This document shows, piece after piece, positions 1 to 9,184 of a stretch of DNA of 64,000 nt. A model generated the notes under the pieces. It had not been told where the DNA came from, did no database searches, and saw nothing but the letters and a program-made list of their open reading frames with translations. The stretch's first letter is position 1. Every line of letters starts with the position of its first letter. The DNA comes from Candidatus Doudnabacteria bacterium (lineage in GTDB: Bacteria; Patescibacteriota; Doudnabacteria; UBA920), in assembly GCA_016788665.1 (NCBI GenBank), contig JAEUSF010000004.1, positions 29,407 to 93,406 on the forward strand, given 5' to 3'. The translations under genes and the position numbers were made by a program.

Positions 1-120
1 GCTCACGAAGGTCACGAAGTACAGCCAGGGGCATCCTGGACTCCAATCGGGTCAATGAACCCCGACCACGACGACTTCGGGGCATTCGACATCCACCAAC
101 TCCTCCAATCTCCAGAATAA
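1..120 (+). CDS. 3' end of a CDS continuing upstream of the window (partial, hypothetical)
   Basis: Frame 1 is open from base 1 to a TAA at 118-120. The segment is GC-rich and is followed by hairpins and a T-run. Confidence 0.25.
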   Translation, partial: AHEGHEVQPGASWTPIGSMNPDHDDFGAFDIHQLLQSPE

Positions 121-156
121 CTGGAGAAAGCGGGGGTTTTTTATTTTACAAAACAA

Positions 157-195
157 GGGGAATCCTTGCTGTAAGCAAAGATTCCCCTTGAGTTT
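157..195. terminator. Hairpin GGGGAATCCTTGC-loop-GCAAAGATTCCCC between the partial CDS and the fusA 3' end (possible bidirectional terminator)
   Basis: A 13-bp stem with one mismatch, a T-run on the plus side and an A-rich tract before it. It lies downstream of fusA on the minus strand. Confidence 0.3.
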
Positions 196-205
196 TACTC
201 TCTTT

Positions 206-235
206 GGTATTCGGAATTTGGTATTTGGAATTTAC
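206..235. repeat. Intergenic copy of the GAATTTGGTATTTGGAATTT-type dispersed AT-rich repeat
   Basis: Sequence ggtattcggaatttggtatttggaatttac; family members are listed in the findings. Confidence 0.4.
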
Positions 236-252
236 TTTTGCTCGGCAAAAGT

Positions 253-2376
253 TTACATACCTTTTCTTACATTTATACCAGCTCTGCTTTCAATAATCTT
301 AGCCGCAACGTTCTTAGGAACTTCGGCGTAGTGGTCAAATTCCATTGTATAGGAAGCTTGTCCTTGAGTCATAGACCTTAAGGTTGTAGCATAACCGAAC
401 ATTTCGGAAAGCGGCACTTGCGCGTTTATAACTTTCAAATGCAAGCGATCGGTCATTTCGTTAATTTGAGCACGTTTGCTGTTTAAGTCACCAATTACAT
501 CGCCCATGTTTGCTTCCGGAGTTATAACTTCAACTTTCATAACAGGTTCCAAAATAATTGGGTCGGCTTTTTTAACTGCATCTTGCAAAGCTTTAGAACC
601 GGCAATTTTGAAAGCCATTTCCGAAGAGTCGACTTCGTGGTAGCTACCATCGTAAGCGGTAGCTTTAAAGTCTACAAGTGGGTAACCTGCTATAACACCG
701 TTAGCAGCAGACTCTTGAATACCTTTGTCTATAGGTTTTATAAATTCTTTTGGAATAACACCACCAACAATAGCATCTTCGAATTCATAACCTTTACCGC
801 GCTCGAGTGGCTCAACACGCAAGTAAACGTGTCCATACTGACCCTTACCACCAGTTTGACGAATATATTTGCTTTCAGCTTCAGCCATTTTCTTAAATGT
901 TTCTTTGTAAGCAACTTCAGGCTTACCTACATTGGCTTCTACTTTAAACTCGCGCTTCATACGATCTACAATAATTTCCAAGTGAAGTTCGCCCATACCA
1001 GCTATAATAGTTTGCTGGGTTTCTTCGTTTGTAGAAAGTTTAAACGTTGGATCTTCTTCGGCCAATTTTTGCAAAGCAATGCCCATTTTTTCTTGGTCAG
1101 CTTTGGTCTTTGGCTCAATTGCCATAGAAATAACCGGTTCTGCGAACTTTATGGATTCTAATTGAACTGGTTTTTCTACGTCGCAAAGAGTATCTCCGGT
1201 AAAAGTATTCTTAGGACCTACCAAAGCACAAATGTCTCCTGCAAAAACTTCTTTAACCTCATCACGTTGGTCAGCGCGCATACGCACTATACGACCTACG
1301 CGTTCTTTGTCGCCTGTGCGTGCATTCAATACATACGAACCTGCTTCTAACATACCTGCATACACGCGGAAGAAACATAAACGGCCTACAAAAGGATCGG
1401 TGGCGATTTTAAAAGCTAAGGCTGTAAATGGTTCGTTGTCATTTGGCTTTCGAATTATTTCAGCACCGGTTTTTAAGTCATGACCTTTGGTTTCGCCACG
1501 GTCAATTGGAGAAGGTAGAAAGTTAGTAACAGCGTCTAAAACAGTTTGCACTATAATACCACGACCGTCGCCACCCAAAACTGGAAAGAATGTAGCTGAC
1601 TGCACAGCTTTTCTTATAGCGGACAAAAATTCCTGCTCAGTAAGTTCTTGACCTGCCAAATATTTTTCCATTAAGGCATCGTCAGATTCCACAACTTTTT
1701 CAAGCAGTCTGTGCCTATACTCTTTAGCCTTTTCTAACATGTCGGCTGGCACCTCGCCAATGGTAAACTCCTTGTCCTTATAATCTTTATAGGTATAGGA
1801 CTTCATGTTTATTAAGTCAACAACACCGCAAATATCTTTTTCAAAACCAATTGGAAGCTGAATAGGAAAAGCGTTCGGGGAAAGGCGTTTGTGAATGGAG
1901 TCGAGTGATTTATAAAAATCTCCACCAGTTTGGTTGATTTTGTTTATAAAGCACATACGAGGCACGCCGTATTTGTCTGCCTGACGCCACACAGTTTCGG
2001 ACTGCGGCTCAACGCCCATCTTACCGTCAAAAACTGTAACTGCGCCGTCTAAGACACGTAAACTGCGCTCCACTTCTACAGTAAAGTCTACGTGACCCGG
2101 GGTGTCTATAATGTTGATCTTGTGCTTAACATCACCAGCTAACTTAATAAAACGAGGCTGCCAATAACATGTAACAGCGGCGGCGGTAATAGTAATTCCG
2201 CGTTCGCGTTCCTGTTCCATCCAGTCGGTAGTGGTTTCACCTTCGTGAACCGCACCTATCTTGTGGATCATTCCGGTATTGAACAAAATACCTTCAGTAA
2301 CAGTAGTCTTACCGGCGTCAATATGGGCAATAATACCTATATTTCTTGTAACCTCAATAGGATATTCTCGGGGCAT
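253..2376 (-). CDS. fusA: Elongation factor G
   Basis: 707 aa with [10 protein letters not shown]1 motif and full EF-G architecture; follows rpsL-rpsG. Confidence 0.95.
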   Translation of the reverse strand: MPREYPIEVTRNIGIIAHIDAGKTTVTEGILFNTGMIHKIGAVHEGETTTDWMEQERERGITITAAAVTCYWQPRFIKLAGDVKHKINIIDTPGHVDFTVEVERSLRVLDGAVTVFDGKMGVEPQSETVWRQADKYGVPRMCFINKINQTGGDFYKSLDSIHKRLSPNAFPIQLPIGFEKDICGVVDLINMKSYTYKDYKDKEFTIGEVPADMLEKAKEYRHRLLEKVVESDDALMEKYLAGQELTEQEFLSAIRKAVQSATFFPVLGGDGRGIIVQTVLDAVTNFLPSPIDRGETKGHDLKTGAEIIRKPNDNEPFTALAFKIATDPFVGRLCFFRVYAGMLEAGSYVLNARTGDKERVGRIVRMRADQRDEVKEVFAGDICALVGPKNTFTGDTLCDVEKPVQLESIKFAEPVISMAIEPKTKADQEKMGIALQKLAEEDPTFKLSTNEETQQTIIAGMGELHLEIIVDRMKREFKVEANVGKPEVAYKETFKKMAEAESKYIRQTGGKGQYGHVYLRVEPLERGKGYEFEDAIVGGVIPKEFIKPIDKGIQESAANGVIAGYPLVDFKATAYDGSYHEVDSSEMAFKIAGSKALQDAVKKADPIILEPVMKVEVITPEANMGDVIGDLNSKRAQINEMTDRLHLKVINAQVPLSEMFGYATTLRSMTQGQASYTMEFDHYAEVPKNVAAKIIESRAGINVRKGM

Positions 2377-2449
2377 AAATAATATTTTTTAATTTCTTAT
2401 GATGTCTTATCGGTCTTTATTTTGACCTATTAGACCTATTTTAGTTGAT

Positions 2450-2495
2450 GGATAAATTCCAAATTACAAATATCAAATTTCAAATAAATTTCCAA
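2450..2495. repeat. Intergenic copy or copies of the GAAATTTG dispersed repeat in the rpsG-fusA spacer
   Basis: The minus strand reads ttggaaatttatttgaaatttgatatttgtaatttggaattta, i.e. tandem GAAATTTG units. Confidence 0.4.
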
Positions 2496-2585
2496 TAACC
2501 AATCTTCAAATCTTTACTTTGCTATTCTATGGCGTCTAAATATCTGGCACAGAAGCCGGAAATCGACGGGAAGGAAGGCAAAAAT

Positions 2586-2750
2586 ATGATTTACATTTTC
2601 CAGATCTCAAATAGTCGGATAGCCTTGGTTGTCGATCATAACTGGGAAGATGCACAAGACGAGTTAGCCAGACAAGTTCCAAACCAAGAATTGCATCGGC
2701 TCGGATGTTATGAGAATGGTGGAACTTCTATTTACGACCTCAAGGCTTGA
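2586..2750 (+). CDS. Small hypothetical ORF (54 aa; an alternative upstream ATG at 2529 gives 73 aa) inside the str operon spacer
   Basis: GGAAGGAAGG Shine-Dalgarno 8 nt upstream of the ATG at 2586. An imperfect hairpin plus GGCTTTTTTG follows (2765-2808). About 45% GC by eye, against an AT-rich background. Confidence 0.3.
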   Translation: MIYIFQISNSRIALVVDHNWEDAQDELARQVPNQELHRLGCYENGGTSIYDLKA

Positions 2751-2885
2751 CCACACAGCTTTATTAGCACCGATATCAACCGCAATCGCGGTAGGGTCGG
2801 GGCTTTTTTGCCTAAATTCTGTAGGCATCTGCCAGTCCGACAGGTCATTCTGGCGGGTAGTGTAGTAAATCAGTAGTTCTGTAGC

Positions 2886-3476
2886 TTAGCGTCTTCCGAA
2901 ACGTGCAAAATGGGCAAATGCCTTGTTAGCCTCTGCCATTCTATGAGTGTCTTCACGCTTCTTTATAGCTGATCCGACTTTGTTAAAACCGTCAACTATT
3001 TCTGCAGCAAGCTTCTGTGCCATAGGGGCGCCTTTTCTGGCTCTTGCAGCGGCTATAAGCCACTTCATACCAATACTGGTTCTTCTTGGCTCGGAAACTT
3101 CCATAGGTACCTGATAGTTCGCACCACCAATTCGGCGGGACTTAAGTTCCATAATTGGAGCAATATTTTTCAAAGCAATATCAAAAACTTGTCTGCCATC
3201 TAACTTGGTGACTTTTGGCTGTTTTAAGTCTTCTTTTGCACCCGACTTGTCTTCCGAAGTCTTGGCAGGAGAAACTTTAACCGGTGCCGGAGCAGCCGGA
3301 GTTAAAGAAGCAGCTTTCTCTCCCACTATTTCTAAAGCAGAATAAAAAATCTTGCGAGCAACATTTTTCTTTCCGCGTTCCATCATATAATTTATAAATT
3401 TGGAATACTTAACAGAACCGAATTTTGGATCCGGCTCAGGAGTATGTTTGTCGTATGATCTAGATTTTCTTGGCAT
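2886..3476 (-). CDS. rpsG: 30S ribosomal protein S7 carrying a roughly 35-aa Ala/Pro/Lys-rich insertion
   Basis: N-terminus MPRK..DPKFGS and C-terminus KREDTHRMAEANKAFAHF are canonical S7. It is 196 aa rather than about 156, with the low-complexity insert AASLTPAAPAPVKVSPAKTSEDKSGAKEDLKQPK. Confidence 0.9.
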   Translation of the reverse strand: MPRKSRSYDKHTPEPDPKFGSVKYSKFINYMMERGKKNVARKIFYSALEIVGEKAASLTPAAPAPVKVSPAKTSEDKSGAKEDLKQPKVTKLDGRQVFDIALKNIAPIMELKSRRIGGANYQVPMEVSEPRRTSIGMKWLIAAARARKGAPMAQKLAAEIVDGFNKVGSAIKKREDTHRMAEANKAFAHFARFGRR

Positions 3477-3568
3477 GATAGTAAATTTAAAATGTAAATC
3501 TCAAAGTGTAAAATATAGGTGTCTCGCCCTGCGAGACTCTATAATTTTTCATTTTGATTTTTAAATTT

Positions 3569-3982
3569 TTACTTTCTCTTAGCTCCGTATTTAGAGCGAC
3601 TACCTTTTCTCCCGTCGACTCCGAGAGTATCTAACTTACCGCGAACAATATGGTAACGGACACCAGGCAAATCTTTTACCCTGCCGCCGCGTATCATAAC
3701 CACACTGTGTTCCTGAAGGTTATGCCCTATTCCAGGAATATAGGCAATAACTTCCATACCGTTTGTCAGCTTAATTTTGGCAACTTTACGCAAAGCCGAG
3801 TTTGGCTTTTTTGGTGTGGTGGTATAGACCTTAAGACACACTCCGCGCATAAAAGGAGCACCTTTCCTTAAAGGGACTTCCCTATTCTTTAAAAGGTTCA
3901 ATCTATGCTGCAAAGCCGGAGACTTGGACTTGGCTCTGAGCGGCGATCTGCCTTTTCTAACTAACTGGTTGATTGTTGGCAT
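3569..3982 (-). CDS. rpsL: 30S ribosomal protein S12
   Basis: [12 protein letters not shown]..; 137 aa; canonical S12. Confidence 0.95.
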   Translation of the reverse strand: MPTINQLVRKGRSPLRAKSKSPALQHRLNLLKNREVPLRKGAPFMRGVCLKVYTTTPKKPNSALRKVAKIKLTNGMEVIAYIPGIGHNLQEHSVVMIRGGRVKDLPGVRYHIVRGKLDTLGVDGRKGSRSKYGAKRK

Positions 3983-4065
3983 TTTGCTAGCTGGTAGCTA
4001 GTAGCTAGTAGGTTTGTAACCTGTATTTCCTACAAGCTACCACCTACTTCCTACAAGCTAAATAA
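3983..4065 (-). promoter_or_regulatory. Structured leader immediately upstream of the rpsL start (long imperfect inverted repeat)
   Basis: GCTAGCTGGTAGCTAGTAGCTAGTAGG ... CCTACAAGCTACCACCTACTTCCTACAAGC; the arms are near-complementary (GGTAGCT[A/T]GTAGG) and the tract abuts the ATG. Confidence 0.3.
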
Positions 4066-4363
4066 TTATTTTCTTGAATAATTTTAAATAAACAACAAAA
4101 AAATCCCATAGCAAAGGATTATTTGCTACTTCGCATTCTTGGTAATGTCTCGAAGCCTGTGAGACTAGTAACTGTAGCTGCTCCATTTATGGAGCCGTTA
4201 ATCGGCCTAATGAATCAGGCAACTACCATTTACATCTTCCCAAATTTGCGACTTATAAATAAGTAATTCCCTTGCATTTAAAAATTTTATCTAAATGCTT
4301 CGGGGGCTTCTTATTCAATTAAGCTAATTCTACAAAAACAGACCTCTTTTGTCAAGCTAGGCA

Positions 4364-4954
4364 TTAGCCGACTATAACACTCAAAACAACTCTATACAAA
4401 GGCTCAACCAATACCGACAAAAGCCCTGTCATAACCAAAATTATTAAAACTATAAACCCATAGCTCTCCCACTTTAAAATATTTTCCTGCCAAGACCTAG
4501 GTGCTACTGACAATAAAACCTTACTTCCGTCCAAAGGCGGGATAGGAATTAAGTTAAAAACTCCAAGTGCAATATTTAAAAAGATTCCCCTGCCTAAAAC
4601 TACTGCAGCAAAATCACTCGCCAGACCTAAGCGAATTATAAACAAAAACAAAATAGCTAGCGCAAAGTTACTTAAAGGTCCGGCTAAAGCGACCATAGCC
4701 ATGCCTAGCCGCTGAGGACGCAGATTGTCAAAATTTACCGGGACCGGCCTTGCAGCTCCAATACCAACCAAAAAAGGCATTAGTATAGACCCTATGGGGT
4801 CTATATGCGGTATTGGGTTTAAAGTTATTCTACCCGCTTCCCTAGCTGTGTCGTCACCAAACTTTTCGGCCATTAGCCCATGACTCACCTCATGAACAAC
4901 AACGGAAAAAATAAGTATTATAACGTCTATAATTTTTAATGTAGTAGCGTCCAT
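4364..4954 (-). CDS. Site-2 protease family (M50) membrane zinc metalloprotease
   Basis: HEVSHG HExxH motif in a TM helix, with the LDG motif (NLIPIPPLDGSKV) downstream; polytopic membrane protein. Confidence 0.7.
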   Translation of the reverse strand: MDATTLKIIDVIILIFSVVVHEVSHGLMAEKFGDDTAREAGRITLNPIPHIDPIGSILMPFLVGIGAARPVPVNFDNLRPQRLGMAMVALAGPLSNFALAILFLFIIRLGLASDFAAVVLGRGIFLNIALGVFNLIPIPPLDGSKVLLSVAPRSWQENILKWESYGFIVLIILVMTGLLSVLVEPLYRVVLSVIVG

Positions 4955-5103
4955 AATTTTTATTCAAAAAACATAAAGGATAATTTTGGGCGAATTAACC
5001 ACCCCTATCTCTTGCCAATTATACCAAACTATGATAAACTATTGAAGTTATATTGAATCCTTTCAATTTACCAATATTATATTTTAAATTCTTCAATTAT
5101 TCT

Positions 5104-5277
5104 ATGCCAAGAATGTGCGCAATTTGCGGCAAAACTTACAGCCGTACCATAAAACGTTCCCACTCCATGAGGCCTTCTATAGTCAGGCTTTTGCCTAACT
5201 TGCAATGGTTTAAGTCCGGCGGTAAGCGCGTAAAAGCCTGTACCCGATGCATGAAAACCGAAGCTAAGGCTAAATAA
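5104..5277 (+). CDS. rpmB: 50S ribosomal protein L28 (zinc-ribbon type); true start likely the internal ATG at 5104 rather than 5053
   Basis: MPRMCAICGK...RSHSMRP...LPNLQ...CTRC matches the L28 signature C-I-GK / RSH / PNLQ, with two CxxC pairs. Confidence 0.6.
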   Translation: MPRMCAICGKTYSRTIKRSHSMRPSIVRLLPNLQWFKSGGKRVKACTRCMKTEAKAK

Positions 5278-5393
5278 GAAAATTTTTAACTCCGTCCCGA
5301 TTTATCGGGACGGAGTTTTTTGTTATTTTCATAGACTTTTGTATACTAAGCTTAAGCCTTATAAGAAGGCAATCCTGTCGTTAAGGAGGTACC

Positions 5394-5630
5394 GTGAGAC
5401 ACAAAGGTACTGTAAAGTGGTTTCGGCCCGAAAAGGGTTATGGTTTTTTGGTAGTCTCAGGCATTGGCGACGTTTTTGTCCACCACAGCGAAATAAACAT
5501 GCCGGGTTACCGATCTTTGATAGCCGGACAAAAAGTAACCTTTCTCCTCATTAATGGACCAAAAGGTCCATACGCCGAAGAAGTTGTCCTGGTGCCTCAA
5601 CGCATGTACCTCGTCGGCAGCGCCAGCTAA
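5394..5630 (+). CDS. cspA: Cold-shock protein (CspA family), GTG start
   Basis: GTVKWF..KGYGFL..VFVHHS cold-shock-domain RNP motifs. AAGGAGGT Shine-Dalgarno 5 nt upstream. Confidence 0.9.
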   Translation: MRHKGTVKWFRPEKGYGFLVVSGIGDVFVHHSEINMPGYRSLIAGQKVTFLLINGPKGPYAEEVVLVPQRMYLVGSAS

Positions 5631-5646
5631 AACAAGCCGGCGTTTT

Positions 5647-6024
5647 TTATTTGACTAAACCATTCTCGTTTTGCAGAGAACTGTTTTGCACGACCGAACC
5701 AGCAAATAGAATTGCAGATACTGCAAAATATATCCAGCTGTTAATCAGGTTCATATAAAAAAGTGAAAAAAGCCTTCCTTCGCCGAATAAAAAACCCAGA
5801 AGAGACAGTACCAAAAAAACCACGGACAGTATTCGCATTGTAAAATATATTTTGGGGTGCTTGGAAAAAAGCACTAGAACAATTCCGAAAAAAATATGGA
5901 AAAAATCGTTAAAAGCATTGGTTTGTATTAAGGCTTCGTCTCCAACCAAAGGGTTGTTCACATAGCCCAAAGCTCCCATACAGAACAACAAAACCCCCAA
6001 AAACACAGAAATTTTCCTAGCCAT
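5647..6024 (-). CDS. Hypothetical small membrane protein
   Basis: 125 aa with 3-4 predicted TM helices; no motif recognised. Confidence 0.35.
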   Translation of the reverse strand: MARKISVFLGVLLFCMGALGYVNNPLVGDEALIQTNAFNDFFHIFFGIVLVLFSKHPKIYFTMRILSVVFLVLSLLGFLFGEGRLFSLFYMNLINSWIYFAVSAILFAGSVVQNSSLQNENGLVK

Positions 6025-6027
6025 AAA

Positions 6028-6612
6028 TTATTTCTCTAAAAATTTAATTCCCAATTTCTTAAAACCTTTAAAAACCACTTCCATTGGCAACCCTATTGAA
6101 CCGGTTATACTGCCGGAAATTTTTTCTATTAAGTCAAAACCCAAACCTTGCAAAGCATATGCCCCAGCGCGTCCCAAAGGCTCTTTTGTCGCAACATACT
6201 TTTTTATTTGCTCATTCGACAATTGCTTAAATTTTACCCGTGTTTCTATAACCTCATAAAAAACTTTATTTGCTAAAGCATCTATCATAACAACAGCGGT
6301 TACAACTTTATTTGTTTTTCCACTTAATGCCTTAAGCATCTGCATTGCCTGTTTATCGTCCTTCGGTTTACCGAAAATCTTTTTTCCTAAACACACTAAA
6401 GAGTCGGCAGCTATTATAACGCCTTTTGGATGTTTTTTCAAAGCAGCTTCGGCTTTGCCCCTGGCCAAAGACAAAGCCAATTTTCGAGCGTCTAGGTTTT
6501 TTTCAAAAACCTCGTCATATTCGGGATCAACAACTTTAAACTTAATTTCAAACAGGTTTAAAATTTGTCGCCTTCTGGGCGAGGTAGAAGCTAATATAAT
6601 CTCTTTAGACAT
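6028..6612 (-). CDS. maf: Maf-like nucleoside triphosphate pyrophosphatase (septum formation protein Maf)
   Basis: IILASTSPRRRQIL N-terminus diagnostic of Maf; 194 aa. Confidence 0.85.
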   Translation of the reverse strand: MSKEIILASTSPRRRQILNLFEIKFKVVDPEYDEVFEKNLDARKLALSLARGKAEAALKKHPKGVIIAADSLVCLGKKIFGKPKDDKQAMQMLKALSGKTNKVVTAVVMIDALANKVFYEVIETRVKFKQLSNEQIKKYVATKEPLGRAGAYALQGLGFDLIEKISGSITGSIGLPMEVVFKGFKKLGIKFLEK

Positions 6613-7054
6613 TTTTTAAAGGTTTTAAGTTAGAAGCCAAGCCCAAAGCCAAAGCTATAAGTACTAAATTTTTAATAATATACTGCCCTTCTAAAGTTGG
6701 TACAAAGGCCGACTGCCAAGCGACTTCGGGTAAAAAAACCAAAGGCATTAAAGTCATACCCATATGCAAAATAAACAAGGGTACTACTAACCTTAAAGCT
6801 TTCGGAAACAAAAACAAGCAACCTATAAACATTTCAAAAATCGCAAACAAAACAATAAATGTACTAAAGCTTAAAAACGGCAAGGTTTTTTGCTGCAAGT
6901 CCATAACTAAAGGATTAGCTGGAGAAACGTCTAAAATTTTTAGCAAACCAAACCAGAAATAAACAACAAACAAACTAAATCTTGCCAAAGGAATAGAAAT
7001 CTTTCTAGAAAAATTTATGAGCTTTTCGTCAAAGTCTAATATTTTATTTTGCAT
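6605..7054 (-). CDS. DoxX-like membrane protein
   Basis: 149 aa, 4 TM, FSLFVVYFWFGLLKI-type DoxX pattern; the start overlaps the maf stop. Confidence 0.4.
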   Translation of the reverse strand: MQNKILDFDEKLINFSRKISIPLARFSLFVVYFWFGLLKILDVSPANPLVMDLQQKTLPFLSFSTFIVLFAIFEMFIGCLFLFPKALRLVVPLFILHMGMTLMPLVFLPEVAWQSAFVPTLEGQYIIKNLVLIALALGLASNLKPLKNV

Positions 7055-7088
7055 AATTTAAATTCTACTCATTACATAAATCAATTTC

Positions 7089-7162
7089 TGGTCGGGCTGC
7101 TGGGAATCGAACCCAGACTACATCCACCCCATGGACGCGTACTACCACTATACTACAGCCCG
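7089..7162 (-). tRNA. tRNA-Pro (anticodon GGG)
   Basis: Hand-folded: acceptor CGGGCTG/CAGCCCG, T-arm CTGGG-TTCGATT-CCCAG, anticodon loop ATGGGGT, 3' CCA encoded. Confidence 0.8.
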
Positions 7163-7193
7163 CGAATTCAAAAGCTTCATATATTTTAACAAA

Positions 7194-7236
7194 AGAAGCC
7201 AAAAAAAAGAAGGCTCGAGAAATTTCGAGCCTTTTA
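7194..7236. terminator. Bidirectional rho-independent terminator (GGCTCGA-gaaatt-TCGAGCC flanked by A8 and T4)
   Basis: Perfect 7-bp stem with an A-run upstream and a T-run downstream; sits between tRNA-Pro and the ORF at 7254-7574. Confidence 0.5.
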
Positions 7237-7253
7237 GGCATTCAGAGGGTCAA

Positions 7254-7574
7254 TTAGACTCCCCAGCCGTATGTCGTCTCATAGTTGGTGAGTGGCCTTT
7301 GTAGAGGCATCTGTTCCAAACGATTGACCATCTTTGGCCCATCCAGCAAAGTATCTCCCGCCAAACCATGGGACCGGTCGTTTAGGAAAACACAGCACAG
7401 CATTCTTTCGCCGCTCACTACAACCAAAACGTGCACAGTTCGATCATGAAGCTTACGTGCTTCGTATGATTCGACAATAGCCATCGCTGGATTTTCCCCG
7501 AACGTCATACAAACTTCCTGCCCTTTGCTAAAGGGTCCAACGACTTCCCTGTGAACACGCAATATACGTTCCAT
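7254..7574 (-). CDS. Hypothetical protein (106 aa) in the GC-rich island
   Basis: GGAGGAG Shine-Dalgarno 6 nt upstream of the ATG and a terminator downstream. About 50% GC by eye, against the AT-rich flanks. Confidence 0.45.
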   Translation of the reverse strand: MERILRVHREVVGPFSKGQEVCMTFGENPAMAIVESYEARKLHDRTVHVLVVVSGERMLCCVFLNDRSHGLAGDTLLDGPKMVNRLEQMPLQRPLTNYETTYGWGV

Positions 7575-7650
7575 TATACTCCTCCAACCAAAGTTTTTAC
7601 TGCCAAAAAATAGGTTTCAAAAATTTAAAAACTATTTTTTTGCAACAAAA

Positions 7651-7676
7651 GAAAAACCCCCTTTGCAGGGGGTTTT
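7651..7676. terminator. Rho-independent terminator hairpin AAAACCCCC-tttgc-AGGGGGTTTT
   Basis: Perfect G/C stem flanked by A- and T-runs. Confidence 0.6.
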
Positions 7677-7848
7677 AAGCTTAAATACTTTAAAACGCCA
7701 CCTGCTTTAGGGGGTAATAATAATTATGCTGCTGTTCTGTACGCATTTCATATATGTATATATTATCAAAACAAACTTAGTTGTCAAATAAAAAAGCCGA
7801 TAAAAGTGGCTTTATGTGCAATTGCCTAAATGGCAAAATACAAAGCAC

Positions 7849-8235
7849 TTATTCGACTTGGGAGTTGTGAGAACTTGTCCCTAAAGATGGCCTAGGCGGC
7901 GGCGAATTATAGCGGGTGCCGGTAAAGGCATCCATTCCTTTGCGCTCACACAGAAGATTCAGCTCCTCGTCACTCAATTCTTCTACTACACGAATTTCCG
8001 GCTCCTGGCTAATCACGATTTTTCCCTCTTGTTTACTGGCGTTAAGGCACATTTTCATGCGCCCAAAGCATAGCCAACTTTTTAGATACGCTTTGGGAAT
8101 ATGAAATTTTTGGGAAGAGACAGCGCCGAATGTCTCTGTGTTATGTGGTTTGGAAAAGATTAGCACACGTGCTAGAATCTTTTTTTGTACACAAACAACA
8201 CTCGGCGCCGGCAAGGTTGGGGGCAGTCCGCCCAT
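7849..8235 (-). CDS. Questionable ORF (128 aa) in the GC-rich island
   Basis: No RBS and a low-complexity product; may be non-coding. Confidence 0.15.
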   Translation of the reverse strand: MGGLPPTLPAPSVVCVQKKILARVLIFSKPHNTETFGAVSSQKFHIPKAYLKSWLCFGRMKMCLNASKQEGKIVISQEPEIRVVEELSDEELNLLCERKGMDAFTGTRYNSPPPRPSLGTSSHNSQVE

Positions 8236-8940
8236 ACATTAGTTCTGAACAAAGCAAGCCTATGTTAGCTTTTAGCTGCCGATTACTTGGTCAACTCGTT
8301 TGTCAGTTGGAGATCAATAACAGCATCGCTGAAGCTCTTGCTGAGCTTCAAACTTAGCCCGACCTGGCTTGTTACCGGTTAACCGAAGAAGTGCCTCGGT
8401 CCAGTCTCGAACTGTGTCGCTTTTAGGTTCTTGATCCCTGTTTTTCGTCGGAATAAGGTCTGGTTCCTCATTCATCGGAAACATCCTCCGGTTTGATTGC
8501 CCGCCGACAGAGGCGGGCTTGGAGACTTACAAGGCAGTCAGCGTCGGTTAACGCTTTTTTAGTTGAACTCGTTTGTGACGAGCTCAATATAGACTGCCCA
8601 AATTGGCGGGACCTACGCGGCGGTGTTCGTTTCCGCTCGATCGACACAGAATTCCTGCAGGGCAGGCTCCGTGGAAGGTAAAAAGGATAATAAGTATCAA
8701 CCTCTCCTTCTCGGTCCCTAATTGTCGGGTGGATTTCGAATCCAGATAATTGTTCTCTTTCTCTCTCCGTGCGCTTACCCAAAAGAGAACAACCTATCTG
8801 GTTCTATTGGAAGCCACTTGCTTCACCTGGCTCCAGCCAGAGGCCGCTATTTAGCGGTCACAGCCACCCATAACTTTTGTAGACTTTGCGTCCACAGGCA
8901 TACAAACTTTTAAAAATTTATACGCCTGCAAACGCATTTT

Positions 8941-8966
8941 AAAACCCCGCTTCTTGCGGGGTTTAG
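8941..8966. terminator. Terminator-like hairpin AAAACCCCGC-ttcttgc-GGGGTTT, a near-copy of the 7651 hairpin
   Basis: Same AAAACCCC..GGGGTTT architecture as 7651-7676; followed by a second stem AAGGTGT..ACACCTT. Confidence 0.45.
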
Positions 8967-9184
8967 AAGGTGTGGTTTTTAATCCGTGTTTACACCTTAC
9001 CCCGCGCGCCAAAAAGTACGGCCTTCACAAAGACCGGGCGAATGGAAATAAGATTGTATATATTCTGTATCATCTTAAAAAGAATATTATACCCAATGTT
9101 TACTGTTGTCAAGCAAGTTATCAACAAGAGACAAAATGCAAAATTAAAAATTCAGAATGCAGAAATAAAAAGCCGTTAAAATTA

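Noticed and set aside
583-1483. Plus-strand ORFs (192, 62 and 83 aa) inside fusA, and similar antisense ORFs inside leuS, pnp, cyoB and other genes
   Set aside because: They sit antisense to strongly conserved genes, have low-complexity products and lack an RBS; shadow ORFs.
2529-2585. Upstream ATG at 2529 for the small str-spacer ORF
   Set aside because: No RBS there; the ATG at 2586 has a strong GGAAGGAAGG SD. Both are reported as alternatives since the ORF itself is unverified.
5053-5103. N-terminal 17 residues (MNPFNLPILYFKFFNYS) of the track ORF 5053-5277
   Set aside because: Homology to ribosomal protein L28 begins at the internal MPRMCAICGK (ATG 5104); the upstream extension is unlikely to be translated.
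8236-8950. Possible tmRNA, RNase P RNA or SRP RNA in the GC-rich island
   Set aside because: By eye I found none of the universal motifs on either strand: no GGAAAGTCCGGGC or ACAGAACCCGGCTTA, no tmRNA 5' GGGG..GGATTCGAC..GGG or 3' TTCGA.TCC..CCACCA, and no SRP GGAAGCAGCC. Only a short CTGGATTCGA coincidence appears. Left as unexplained pending a covariance-model scan.
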